Below, one piece after another: positions 51,901-64,000 of a DNA stretch of 64,000 bases. Source of the stretch: Dimorphilus gyrociliatus (taxonomy: Eukaryota > Animalia > Annelida). Under the pieces are notes generated by a model that was not told the origin of the DNA, made no database searches, and saw nothing but the letters and a program-made list of their open reading frames with translations. Location: assembly GCA_904063045.1 (NCBI GenBank), contig CAJFCJ010000001.1:3410001-3474000 (forward strand), read 5' to 3'. A program made the translations under genes and the position numbers. Within the stretch, counting starts at the first letter, position 1. Every line of letters begins with the position of its first letter.

Positions 51901-53102
51901 TTGTGTTTGGGGGAAACGAATACAAAAGACAAAATAAACTTTTAATAAATACTTATCATCATCAAACAAAACTACGCTTTGCAATTGTAATAATCAATTT
52001 TCTCCTAACGGTAAATATCTATAGGCAAAGGGGTTATAAGCAAACTTTTGCCTCTTATCTCTTATTTCTCTCATTGCTCAGTCTTAGTTTTTTGGGAAGA
52101 TTTCCCCAATCCCTGCTTAATAAGTATCAACGAAAATAGTCAGTCCGATAAAGAAACTCAAGCGAGTTGGGAAAGAAGTAGGACTAATAGAAAGTTATAA
52201 AGGACTTAATGAATAAACCAGCAAGAAGGGAATCTCGTAATGGACTTGGGCTATTCTTTTCTTCTGCCTCCATCAGTCTCCTTTATTGTTTCTGCTTCTC
52301 CTTTCTTTTCCTCTTTTCGCATTCAGTCTTTTCGCATTCAGGTGAAAATTTTCAACGTTTGTTACCGATATGAGGTGAATAATGAATGCATTTATCAACT
52401 TCCTATACGGATTCGTTTGCAACACAAGCGCCTTAGTGAAAAATCGATAAAATACAATAATTCTACTACATAAATATAAAGGAAGGGGAAGGGAGGAGGA
52501 GACCTAGAAGGGACGATATGGTCAGCGAAGGAGAAATATTCCATTCATAGAGAGAGAGAAAGAGATAGATAGGGAGAGACAGAAAGACAAAGAAACCAGA
52601 GGGAGAAGGGGCAATAGAGAGCAATATAGAAGTAAAAACGTCTCTTTTTTAGTTGTCAGTAAACGCCTGAAGGAAAATTCATTAGGTGTTACAAAAAGAA
52701 GAATATATGTAAATTTAATGGAAAAGGATAGAATGTATATAGTATGACTGTCTACTTTGTATAAATGTAAAGCATATACAGTATATGCTGAGTAGTATTA
52801 TGTAAAATTATAACAATAGATGTAAAGCATTGGCATTTTCAAATATATAATTATAGTTAAAAAAAATTTGATGAACTGCTAGAAATAACGCTGTCTATAC
52901 TCGATATTTTGTTCTATTAGAATAGTCTATAGCTATTTATCCTATCAATCTATCCATCTCCATCATCTTTAGCCTAGTGACTATTCTTTTTTTCTTTTCC
53001 CCAACATTCTTCGTATTCTTTCTCCGTCTTTATTGTTTTTGTATTTCTTATTATATCTTCCTCTGTCTGCCTATCTGTCTGTGTCTGCCTGTCTATCTAT
53101 CT

Positions 53103-53133
<31 letters not shown>

Positions 53134-54109
53134 CCTTTCTACCATTTGATTTCTAGTGATTTATAGAAAGTCAGTGAAATTTAACGAGTAGAGAACGTGA
53201 TCCGATAAACCATAAATTTGAATAAATCAACCGTTTCAATTATGTAAATGCAATCGTTATGAGATAGGAAGCTGCCATTCCTTCCAGTATAGACGCCTTA
53301 AAAGGGAACTTTCTTTTATTCTTTTCCCTTTATACAGGAAAACGTCTTGTTACTTTTTCATTTCTTTGATATATTCATAAAGTTGATTTGTTAGAAAGTG
53401 AAACTTTTTAGATATAATGTATCTACTTCATATAATATGGACATAGAAACTGCATAGGAGCTGAAAATTTAAGGTATCTCTTTCCGATATAAAATCGGAA
53501 AATGTATAATCCTACACGGAAAATTCATCGATATTATCGATTATCTTGTCCTATACATGTTTTCAACACTAGCCGGTCGGCTTGTGTTTTGTATTACTAT
53601 GTACTTGTGTTTTTTTGTATACTATAGAAGAAAAATTTAGTAGCAGTCGGAAATTTTCAAGAAAACTCAACCTCCCTTGTCTGTCGTCTCTTTATTACAT
53701 TACTAGAGAATCGTAAAGTGATATATGTTCTTTAGTAGTTTGTTATAAAAGACATCAAAGTAAACTGCTTAATAGAACTTGGATAGGAAATTAAACTAGA
53801 CGCTCATTTTTAAACATTAATAAGAAAGTTTGAATAAATTAAAAGGTCATATCTGGTCTATACAAATCTATATGGCGTATATTTACAGCACAATTCCATT
53901 AGTCTATTCTCAAAACAGTTGTATTTCTCTCTTTTTCCCCTTATTCTTCTCTGTAATCCTTTCTTATATACTTGTTAAAATATTAATTTATACATTCAGC
54001 CTAGCTTAGTAAATTACAAAGTCTTCTCTTCCCTATCAGAGAAATAATGGACAAGTGTAGAATATCCTGTTATCTATGTATTTTTTAAATGAACTATATA
54101 CTAATATAC

Positions 54110-54140
<31 letters not shown>

Positions 54141-57100
54141 GTCTGCATTATAAACCTTTATTATTACCATTACTACTACTACCACTATTAGGGGTATTGT
54201 TACTACTGTAAATGGACAGAATCTATCAGATATCGCCTTTTCTTTCGCATTTTTCTTGTTAAAAGCGCTTTGCAGTAACCATTTATTTAGTCCATCTACT
54301 TTATCTATTCTATACATCATGTACTATATATGTGCATACTAAATCCTTTTCTATTAGGATATCTATGATAAATTCTATGCATACAATTATGGATTTTATA
54401 CATATCATGTTTATTTATATAGCCACCTAGATAATGAATCGCATAATATGGAAAAGCGTATATATATATATATACATTTGTTACCGATATTGCAATTAGT
54501 AGTAACACTTGAATATCAAAGAGATCGGGTCAATGAGTCGGTCGGGAAAAGAACACAACAACATAGACCTAAACGTTAATTTATAGACCAACATCGTTGT
54601 CTTAACATACAGTCGATCTGTTTTTGTAGGTGAAAAGAAATAGTCAGAATATCTTAGATACTAGACAAAAAAAGATGAACAAACTCTCTTATCCTCTAAC
54701 AGAAAGAAATTGAACTATTTCTCTTTTAATAGATGTTAAACATTTGGTTTAAACTACTAACTTTTCTTCGCTGGGAAATCGAAAAAAACCTGGAATTTCT
54801 AAAAATCCTTTTCCATGCTTTTCGGTTAGTTTATGATGGAAGAAGGGAACGTTTTCCTCCCTCTCTTGCAATTCCATGGCATCTGACTAAGGATCTCCTA
54901 GAACTAACCATCTTTGGCGGCATCTACCGTCTAAAACAATAATTTCTAAACGAAGCCATCTAGTTTAAACTCGAATTGATTGTTTAGCCAAATGCTACAT
55001 TCTGGGAATTTACTTAAAGAAGTTTTTCTTTTCTACGTCAGCATTTTGAAGCTTCAATTAATTGTCAAGTAGAAAAAACAACGTCAACCTGTTGACCAGC
55101 ACTCAATCACGAAGACAATTAATTATTCACTACTATGCAGGGTTTTCCCCTTTCAACCCTCAGGTAACTGCTAAACTAGTTTGATTAAGTAATATTTATC
55201 CGTATTGTTAGCCTCTCATAGAGGGAGGAAAGGTCAAGGGTCGAAGCGTTTAGTGGAAACGCTATAAACGCTCGCGTCATTCATTCATTTGCATGGAATG
55301 AAGAAGTGTAATTTAAGAGCGTCTATTTTTCATTTAAACGTCTAAAGATTTCCCTATACATTTCTCTGTTCACTTTGAAAATTTTATCAACTTTCTCCTT
55401 CCTAGAGAATCCCCTTTCAACACCGCATAACAACGAGAAAATATATACCTTCTCCTAGGATTGTTTTCCCATTTGCTCTACTCTTATATAACGCCCCCTA
55501 CCGGTAAATAATATTTTTTGATAAATGGGCTAAGTACAGATATAAAAAGCCTATAGTAATGATAGATTAATCAATACATAAGTGAAAAAGCTGGATTACA
55601 ATAACATTCTTTTTTCTTTTTCATTCTCTTTTCTAGACTCTTTTCTTTTGATATTAAAAAATAAAATAGTGCTGGTCTATCCAATACGAATTAAACTGTT
55701 ACGGACATTTTACACTTAAAACTAACGGTTTGTCCCAGAAAAAAGAGAGTAAGCAGAGATCGAAATGGAAGAATGGAGGAGGTTTTACAGTAATAGTAGT
55801 AATAGTACCACTACCACTACCACTACCAAAGGAGATACACATTGAGAGAGAGAGAGAGAGAGACAGAAATGGCCAACTGCCCCTACTAGATATTATATAT
55901 GTTGGATGGAGAAAAAAAGATATTAAGTAGCTAAATTGCTATAAAACGAACCTTTCTCTATATTCTTCTGTATCCAATAAATGCTCCAATTCTCCCATAT
56001 TTTCTATTCATCTATTCTCTTAATCTCAATGGGATGATGTGATTGTTTTTGTTTGGAAAATATAATTTTAGAAGACACTACTAACTGTTGTCTATAGAAG
56101 AAAGAAGGTGGCAGCACAACCACTCGACATACTCTCCCCCTCTCTCTCTCAGCAAACACATACACAACTCTTGCATAGAATGGTAGAGATCGATTTGGCC
56201 TAGATTTTGCAGTGTTTCCCGTAGCAATTTAACTATTATTATCACTTGAAATAATATATTTTCTTTAATATCGTTAGGTATTTTTTTAATACTTTTAATA
56301 ATTTCCTTAGAATCAAAAGCTAAGATGTAAAAAAAATGTATTTCTCTTTCTCTCTCTCTCTTTCTTTCTTTCTCTCTCTTTCTTTCTTTCTTCTGTCTAT
56401 CTATCTATCTATCTATCTATTACTCATTGGCCTATAATCTGCTCTTTTCTTGTCCATGTCTTTTTTTCTTTCTCAAACTCTTCATTTCTCTATTCCTTCT
56501 TTCCTCCTCCTCCTCCTCCTCCTTACTCTCTTTCTCTCTCGACTCTTTATAGCGACACTGTTCCAATAGGCCTATCGGTTTATGCCAAAATATATTAAGA
56601 TGGAATACTTAACGAGTAGTTGTAAGTGCTTATTCTACAAACGGATAGGGTAATAAATGACACTGCAAAGACTCTTTTTTATGGAATATATACACACGGG
56701 TATTATTTACATAATAAGAACTAATCATAATTATCCTTATGATAATTGAATTTCATTGTTAGAATAGCATGAAAGAGATATACTGTCTGCTACATCTACG
56801 CTTTCTTTGCCTTTTTAATCTTTCATTTTCGTTTATTATTTATACAGTTCCCATATATGCTTGCTATACTACATTACTTTATATGAACACGTGCGTGTTA
56901 GGTACACTATAATTCATGTTTTGTTCATTATACTTGCTCCAATAAAAGCGAGTACGTTATCAAAAATTATTCATTATCAACAACATTAATGGCATTATTA
57001 ATTATTGATTCTTTGTGAATAATAAACGAATTGGAGGCGAACCAATGTGAAATGGATAAAGTGTGAGAAATCCTTGAAAATACACTTTACTACTTCTCTT

Positions 57101-58090
57101 ACTGTCGCCTTCAGGGAAGCTACCTAAAAATGAGATTGTATTGTTTACGGTAAACGCCACAACCTTTGCAATTGCTGTTGTCGTTGTTACAATGATGGTT
57201 TTTGTAAAGGAGAAGGGGAAGCTACCAATAGAAAAAAGGTTACCCGAAAGGGAATAAAGGAGAAGAAGAGAAAGAAGGAGATTGAAAACAATAAAGGAGA
57301 AAGTATTATTTAAGAGGATTTATTAAGATTATTGCGTTTGTTTCTATTTGTTTCCATTCCCTTTAATTGTTTCTGTACTAGTCTAATTAACTTAATACCG
57401 TCTTAAATCAAACAAACAATACCAATAACCCAGCTATTTATTGTTATTGTTATTGTTTTCGTCGTTACTTTTAATAATCAAAGTTGATTATCCGTATTCT
57501 AAGACAATTATGGAAGTAGAGAAGGACGAGTATGAGGAGAGTCAGAGAGAGAAGAAAAGCGAGACGGAAGAAAATATATACAAATTGATATATGTAATAT
57601 TAAGATGGTCTCTGGTTAATTATCATGACAAACGTCTAACATTTCCCTCTGCAATATTGTCTAAAGTATTTGGTTTAAAACTTAAAAGTTGTCCTAATAC
57701 TTTTGCTTTCTTATCACTTTTCAACTGTTTTAAACATTATACCCTTGCGGAAAGAAGAGTATTATAACAGATATATTCGACGCCGGCTGGATAATTAATA
57801 AAGATTCCTTCGGTTCTCCTTTGAACTACTATATTTCATCAAAGTAAAATAAACAAACCTCAATAGCTTACATAGTATTTTACACTTGAAAAAAAAAAAG
57901 AGAGAAACAACTCATCCTCTTATTTATTCATAAAAGTCAGTGATGAAAGCTAATAGAACCTTTATGAATTACCATGGCAACTAGTGAGTGAAAGTGGACA
58001 ACAAATTTATTATCACGTTTTAAGCTTTGATGAGAGATATATATTTTTTTGAAGTATAAAATTTTTTAATCACCACGAAATTTCTTCTTA

Positions 58091-58127
<37 letters not shown>

Positions 58128-59262
58128 ACAGTACATATAAATCTATCTATCTTTCTCCACCCTTGTGTGTTTCTCATTGTTTGTGCTTGTTTTACCTTCT
58201 TTACCATTTTTTCTATTGTTTGTCTTCTCTCTTTCTCTTCCTCTTTCTCCCTCTCTCTCTCTCTCCCCCTCCCTCTTTCCCCCTTCACTATATACAGTAT
58301 AAGTATACACACACGCATATATATATAGGCCAAGTATGAATTATTCAAGTTGTAAATTGTTCTATATGTTCAAATTCGTTCATGCTTAATAAATATATAA
58401 TAATAAATATAAGTTTGTGAACAATCAGTAATTGTTAAGTATTGTCTATACTGTATTTATAACAAAAAAAGAGGAATTTATTCCCTTCACATACACACTC
58501 TTCTTCGTGCCTCTTTTCTTCATTCTGTCCATCTTTTCAGTGACGTACAGAAGAAGACAAAAAAATTGACGTTGCAGAGGAGAGACAATAGCGACAAAAA
58601 AAAGACTTGTTGTTAGGTCTGTAGATGTAAAAACTATTGTTCATGTCAACAAGACACTTTAATTAAGATTTTGCTATTTTTCATTATGAAAAGGGGAATT
58701 AATCATATAATCATATTTATTTACGTACACTTTAGTCGCTTCCATAATTAAGTATAAGCCTAGTATGCGATTGATTCAGTTTATTTTGACTTTTAAAGAA
58801 TAGTCTTTCTAAAATTGAATAAACCATTAAGGTCAAACGATTATAATTGATCAACCTATCCAATTGGTAGGAGATATAGGTTGTGTGTTTTTTTTTAATA
58901 TGGGTTGATAGGATTCCTATGGAGAAAGAGAAAGATGGAAAATGGGCTACTATTGCAAAAGAATTACATTTGAATTATTAACACTCTGGCAACAACCAAA
59001 GGCTCCCTGCTTTTAAAGCTTTTCCATTATACGTGCATGCAATTAATTATCAAGCTTAAAAGCTTGCAAAAGACTCAATAAAACAACTTTTTAAAAGATA
59101 TATAAAGACCGTAATAGGAAATGAAAGTAACGCGAATAAGAAGAGAAAATTTTCTAATCACCTATCATCCAACTCTTCTTTTGGATTTTCTCCCCGGATT
59201 AAATCCCTGAATCTGTATCTTGGTGGCAATTCTAAGGCACTTTTCGGAGCTGTTTCATCCAT
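42462..59262 (-). CDS. KCNT1: Slo2 / KCNT (Slack/Slick-type) potassium channel, about 1157 aa
   Basis: Exons 59262-59162, 50849-50396, 50223-50140, 49547-49453 (or 49942-49854), 47671-47102, 46437-45881, 45194-45123, 44461-44447, 44165-43998, 43929-43157, 43046-42462; 3474 nt in frame. Motifs [20 protein letters not shown]...[15 protein letters not shown], pore [35 protein letters not shown]. Ends in a PDZ-type T-I-V. KCNT1 versus KCNT2 cannot be distinguished for an invertebrate gene. Confidence 0.95.
44447..44461 (-). other. 15-nt frame-preserving microexon in the Slo2 RCK1-RCK2 linker
   Basis: Long pyrimidine tract, tttacag|ATAGTCCCAGTTCAG|gtaatg; phase 1/1. Confidence 0.7.
48890..48932. 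repeat. (AG)n microsatellite in a Slo2 intron
   Basis: Direct reading; one of many (AG)/(CT) tracts in the window. Confidence 0.9.
49453..49547 (-). other. Slo2 mutually exclusive exon B (canonical S4-S5 linker and S5: [31 protein letters not shown](S))
   Basis: cctcacag acceptor, gtaatt donor, 95 nt, phase 0 to 2. Matches the Slack-type NDLHRA...SA...ILxxTxLCLxFT sequence. Confidence 0.92.
49854..49942 (-). other. Slo2 mutually exclusive exon A (divergent S4-S5 linker and S5: [29 protein letters not shown](G))
   Basis: ttatccag acceptor, gtgaga donor, 89 nt, phase 0 to 2. Hydrophobic helix ending C-x-F-F-T, like exon B. Confidence 0.8.
54762..54877 (-). other. Candidate alternative first coding exon of Slo2 ([38 protein letters not shown])
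   Basis: gccATGg start, 116 nt open, phase-2 donor gttagt compatible with exon 50849. Confidence 0.55.
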
Positions 59263-59609
59263 TATCTTTTCTAATTTTCTCTGCAAATAAGCTTAGCTTG
59301 GTGGTAACTGACTGACAACTGCTCGTCCTATAAATTAGACTGGTTAATAGATTCAACAGGCAAACAGGTTGTATCCCACTCTATCTCTGTTTTTCTCTTC
59401 TTATCCTTCGTCTTGTAGTTTGTCTCTTTATATTTTCTCTCCCATTATTCAATCTATAAAAGTAAATTTCATCTAATAACTGTTTCAGTCAGAAATTTTT
59501 CAATCTTTATTATTCTATAAAGCAATTACAAAAGCGTATCCGATAATTCATATCAACAAAATTCCTTCTCATCCGGTAATAACATTCGTTCTAAATACAC
59601 ACGCTACCA

Positions 59610-59623
59610 CTGCCACCTAGTGA
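59610..59623 (-). promoter_or_regulatory. CTCF-like motif CTGCCACCTAGTGA
   Basis: One mismatch to CTGCCACCTAGTGG; about 350 bp upstream of the Slo2 ATG. Confidence 0.45.
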
Positions 59624-62207
59624 AAAAATTCCTCCTCTGCTCTCTGTCTCTCTTTATTTCTCTACCATCTCCTTTTTATCTGCTCGCCCACTTTGCACTT
59701 GCAAAAAATATCTAGACTTCAATAGAAATATGATTGTTTAACTAATTGGAAAGGTTATGAAAAAGAAAACTCTCTTTTAAACTCTAAGCCTATTCCCGAA
59801 GCGTTTAAGTTCCCCATCTTTCTTTTCACTTGATCCCAACCACTAACTAAAGAGAGAAAAAGCAAGAGAAAAGATGGATAGAAAGAGGAAGAGAAGAAGA
59901 AAGATATTGCTAATCTAACGAGAATGAAAAGATGCTAATTATTTCCTTCAAGTATATACGATTTGGATAAGAATAAAATATATCATTAATGACCCTATTG
60001 GGTGTTGTATGCCTATACAGCAATCCAATGAAGACGAAAAAACAACACGTTTAGGGAATTGGATATATTTCACTCAAAATGAAGGACCTGTTTGGTTTAT
60101 GAACAATTTTTTTTTAATATTTTATAAGACAGATACAAAGAAAGAAAGAAGGAAGAGAGGAAGGAAGAAGGCAGGAAAGAGAGAGAGAGAAGAGAGAAGA
60201 AAATTAAATTATAATTTTAATGGTTGAATTAGTATAAAGAAGAAAAGTTGAAAAAGTCAATGGAAAACGCTTATAAAATGTTAATAAGGGAAACGGAAAG
60301 AAATATTTCCTATTCATATATATACTGTATAAATTAATATATACGTAGTTTAAGGCATGGTAATGCAAAAGTGTTCCTCTGCTCTTTTCCCAAAGACAAA
60401 CAATCGAAGCAATTAACAGATATCCCGTTGCAAATGACTCTAAGCATTGAAAATGCTGATAATGTCTGAATAATGATTGAAAAGAGTAAAGGGTTAACCG
60501 AGAAACGAAAAAAAAGTCTCGCTAACATTTATATATATATGCATAAAAATTAACGAATAAGAAGGACAAATACAGGTAATTAATTCCTTCTCTTATTTCT
60601 CTTCCATCTCTATCCTCCTGTCCTTCCTTCCAGAGTCATCCGATTACAGAATAGAAATATACAAATATTGCATTTTAATGTAAAATGAATAAGGATATTT
60701 GAGGTTGAAAAATCTGTCTAAAAACAAAAAAAAACAAGGAGTATCGTCTTCTTTTTAAACGGAATATAAATAGAAAATTATTAACTTGATCTTTTTTATA
60801 ATATTGACAAATCTAATATATGCTTCTATTCAATAAAATAATGTATATTGTATATAAATGTAACGTAAACAAATATGTATTATACTAGACTTATTACCTT
60901 ATTCGTAAAAAGTGCCTATTAAACAAAATTTTTTTGCCCTTTGTCTACCTCTTCGAGGCTAATGTACACATTAATATGTATATGCTTTATATGGTACATA
61001 TGCACATATACTGTATACATCTAAACACATACACCTCACTGTGATCATTCTCCTCTTTCAATTTTCATGTTATACCCATCTCTCACTAAAATGACGTATA
61101 GAAAATAGATTAGAAACATATAGATAATGTATCAACTACAATTACATCAATTTGTAAGTTACAAGTAGAAACTATATCTTTATATTTACCTTACTTTTAA
61201 TCAGTAAACTTAACGTTATCTATTAATTCAACTAACCAAATTAAAATATAAAATATAGCTGTATAAATCTCATTCTTTCTCAACTAATTACTCATTAATC
61301 ATTCATTAACATACGTAAATTCTAGATTATACTTTAGCATTAACATTATTAGCTTATGCGCTGCCGTATCCATCTTTTGAATAAGGCATGCACATATCAT
61401 AAATACACTGTTGGCAGTGAATAAAAGCACGCATTCCAATTGGGAATAAAATTAGAATAAGAAATATTAAATGAATGACAATAAAAGTAACGCCCGCTGT
61501 AAATGTTTATTCTAATTGTTAGACAAATAATGATAATTTTACAACAGAGATACAACACTCCTCCTCATAAATATTAGACAGTTTCCAAATTAGAACCAAT
61601 GAGATAAGGAAACGGCGTTCGGGTAACTTACCTTTAGAGACGTTTTTATTAGTCAGGAAACCTATTCTACTCATTTACCTTTCTCACAAACGCTTTTAAA
61701 TATAAATCAACCTTTCTGGTAAATTTAATTACAGCTGTTTCGGTGGATTTAAGAAATTACTTCCTTGATACCTCTGTCAATTGAGTAGTCTTCGATAGAA
61801 TGGTTTAAATATAGAAACATATCATTCTTTGTCTCTTTATATTTGTCCTCCTGGACCTTACAATGGTTATTCATAAAAGAAATGCTCTACAGGAAACGTC
61901 TTATAATAAAGTTAATCTTGAAGGGTTAAATAACAATTCTAAATACTAATTATTTCCACTGAGTCTACCTTTTATTCATTTCTACGAAAAGATTCTGACA
62001 TTGACAGAATAGGTAACAATTATTGTTGTCAACCTCTACTCCGAATCATAATAGTTGGTCATTTTTTTTTTAATTAGTTAAGTAATTAATTAATTAATGC
62101 CAAGTACTCATTCACTGTTTTTATTTCCCTTTCCTCCTTCCCCTCCTCATGTTCCCAATCTTCCTCCTCTGCCTAGAGAGTTGCCGTTTTTAAGTTTGAT
62201 TTTATGC

Positions 62208-63466
62208 TACAGGGACAAATTAGGCAATTTTTCCGCTACATATGCCGTGAAAGAAAGATCTGGAAAATTTCCAGATAGGATCACAGTGCTTTTGGCATGT
62301 TAATGACACTAGATATTAAGAACGCAAAGTCAACATGATTGAAACTGAGAAAAAGTTTATGTAACTATTTACATAAACCAGATTTTTTGCTTCTTCTACG
62401 TTAGATCTATTTAACAAGATATATAAAAACGTTATGGGTTTACTTGTTCATTATTTTTTAAGTTTATACAAGATGAGAATGCAACTGTCAGAAATGACGT
62501 CTTGCTATGACAAACCGTCGAGGAGCTAGCGCTTTTTTTCAAGCAAGTAGAATATGCTGTACATTATCTTGCTTACACTATCAATTAAGTTCTCTTGTAA
62601 TTCTTTATCAAAGAGTTTTCATTGTCATTTACCTTTTATTTCTTACTCTTCCTTCAAGAAACGTATAGGAGAGTTGTGAGCTACTACCAAGAACCCCTTA
62701 CAAAGATCCCACATTACATAGAAGAACTCTATCGAAATGCCTACACAATAGTCTTCAATGAAAATGGTCAAAAACTTTACGACGGATTACAAATTCGAGT
62801 TCTACAAGAACATCTCGTAAACAACAGCGATATAATCGAATCGCTCAGCAACAATTTTCTATCGTCCTTAAACATCGCATCGTTAAAACATCAGACAGCA
62901 ATGATGACAATTCGAAAGATTAGTCTTTCTTTTATATTCCTTTCAGAGACAAATTAAGGAATACCCTACTACAAATGGTTGCCAAGGAAAGATCTGGAGA
63001 GGTTGTTGATAGAATCACCGTGAAAAATGCTTGTAATATGCTAATGACACTAGGTATAAATCAACAAAGATGTCCGTGTATTAGATTTTGAAGATCCATT
63101 TTTTGAACAATCAACAGGGTTTTATCGTACAGAAATTCAAAAATGTTTGTCAAGAAAATTGGTGAAACGTTGACAGTTACATTAATAAGGCGAGTTTGAA
63201 CATGAATTATTATTTACATACATAATTTACGGCAATGTAAGTCGTTCGGGTTGTCTTTGAAGAGGTTTACAAATGTTACTTTCCCTATCTTCCTGTTTAT
63301 TTGTATTAAACCGAGAACAGTCTATTCATATATTTTAATTTTCTGTTCTTTAATAGATTGGACAATAAATGGATGATGAAGTATCCAGTACAAATAACTA
63401 CCTAGATCCCTCTACTGAACCTGCAATAATTCTTCAAGTTATTCAATACCAACCGTCCTTTTGGAG
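62208..63466 (+). pseudogene. CUL3: Degraded Cullin-3 pseudogene with an internal tandem duplicate
   Basis: Cul3-like peptides EELYRNAYTIV...GQKLYDGL...NNFLSSLN...HQTAMMTIR; [37 protein letters not shown]; [10 protein letters not shown]; YLDPSTEP. Disabled by a deletion near 62915, a frameshift near 63062-63083 (stop 63089-91) and stops at 63171 and 63366. Confidence 0.85.
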
Positions 63467-64000
63467 GTATTAAAATAATTAATTTGAATAATTCATAATA
63501 ATAGTCTTTGATTTATTTCTCTTGTCAATAAATATAACTAATTTTAAAATGAAAAACAGGATTACGTCAAAAAGAGGAAAATACAGGATACTACGAAAAT
63601 AATGAACTCAACAAAAATTAACACAACTATCGCTTTAGTGGATGTCAATTTGTCTTAGCTGTTTCTTTTCTTATGCGAAGAGTTATATACTTTTCTCTTC
63701 GTTTCATGTGTGTTTCACGGAAATATATATTGATGTATTATCAAATCTCAGGGCTATATTAGCAGTTCGGTATCGTCTACACTTCTGTCAGCTGATAGAT
63801 TTGTACTACCAAATTGTTTATAACAATGTTAGGATTTTGATAAGAAAACCAATTTTTATCTCTTCAAAAGGATAAGTAAAATGCAGTTTCTTCCTAGAGT
63901 ATAAATGTAAACTTAATTTTCTAACAAGGTTGTTAGGTTCGTATTTTCTGCTTAAATCTCCAGATGACAACCGCCATGATTAATAGACTGGTTACCTGGT

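Noticed and set aside
52358-54490. Exact 14-bp repeat TTTGTTACCGATAT at 52358 and 54477 (also a 15-bp repeat near 41197 and 48721)
   Set aside because: Such matches are expected by chance in 64 kb of AT-rich DNA. The 54484 donor has an in-frame upstream stop in phase 2.
57092-57122. 21-nt exon-like segment (tttttag...gtaaga) in Slo2 intron 1
   Set aside because: In the required phase 2 it gives an immediate TAG; at most a poison exon, with no further support.
57441-57767. 108-aa + strand ORF nested in Slo2 intron 1
   Set aside because: TTG start, partly (AG)-repeat derived, and no domain or splice support.
1-64000. tRNA, rRNA, snRNA, CRISPR arrays, intact transposons
   Set aside because: No T-loop, rRNA or snRNA signatures, no spaced direct repeats, and no transposase or RT ORFs or terminal repeats were seen.

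Overview
This is AT-rich animal genomic DNA with short GT-AG introns and many microsatellites, not a prokaryotic window. The ORF track splits most genes at introns, so I rebuilt the genes by hand from splice signals and frame continuity. An annelid-type DLamide-like neuropeptide and the compact introns suggest a small-genome annelid or other lophotrochozoan (inference). Genes in order: (1) 5'-truncated GRL101-like (C-type lectin)/LDLa/LRR/7TM receptor with an apparent degenerate kinase-like C-tail; (2) orphan 145-aa ORF; (3) single-copy DLamide-like neuropeptide precursor; (4) DC-STAMP/DCST-family protein; (5) GPI-type protein with a duplicated Ig module; (6) Csk, head-to-head with (7) DDX6/Me31B; (8) DEK-C+SWIB (UAF30/Spp27-like) gene, head-to-head with (9) PDCD4; (10) orphan 174-aa gene; (11) Slo2/KCNT channel; (12) decayed, partly duplicated Cullin-3 pseudogene. 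The most interesting observations are a mutually exclusive exon pair encoding the Slo2 S4-S5 linker and S5 helix, the GPCR-pseudokinase fusion, a strongly over-represented palindrome TATACWGTATA confined to non-coding DNA, and alternative Slo2 N-termini. All exon coordinates and family calls come from reading and remembered motifs; no searches were run.
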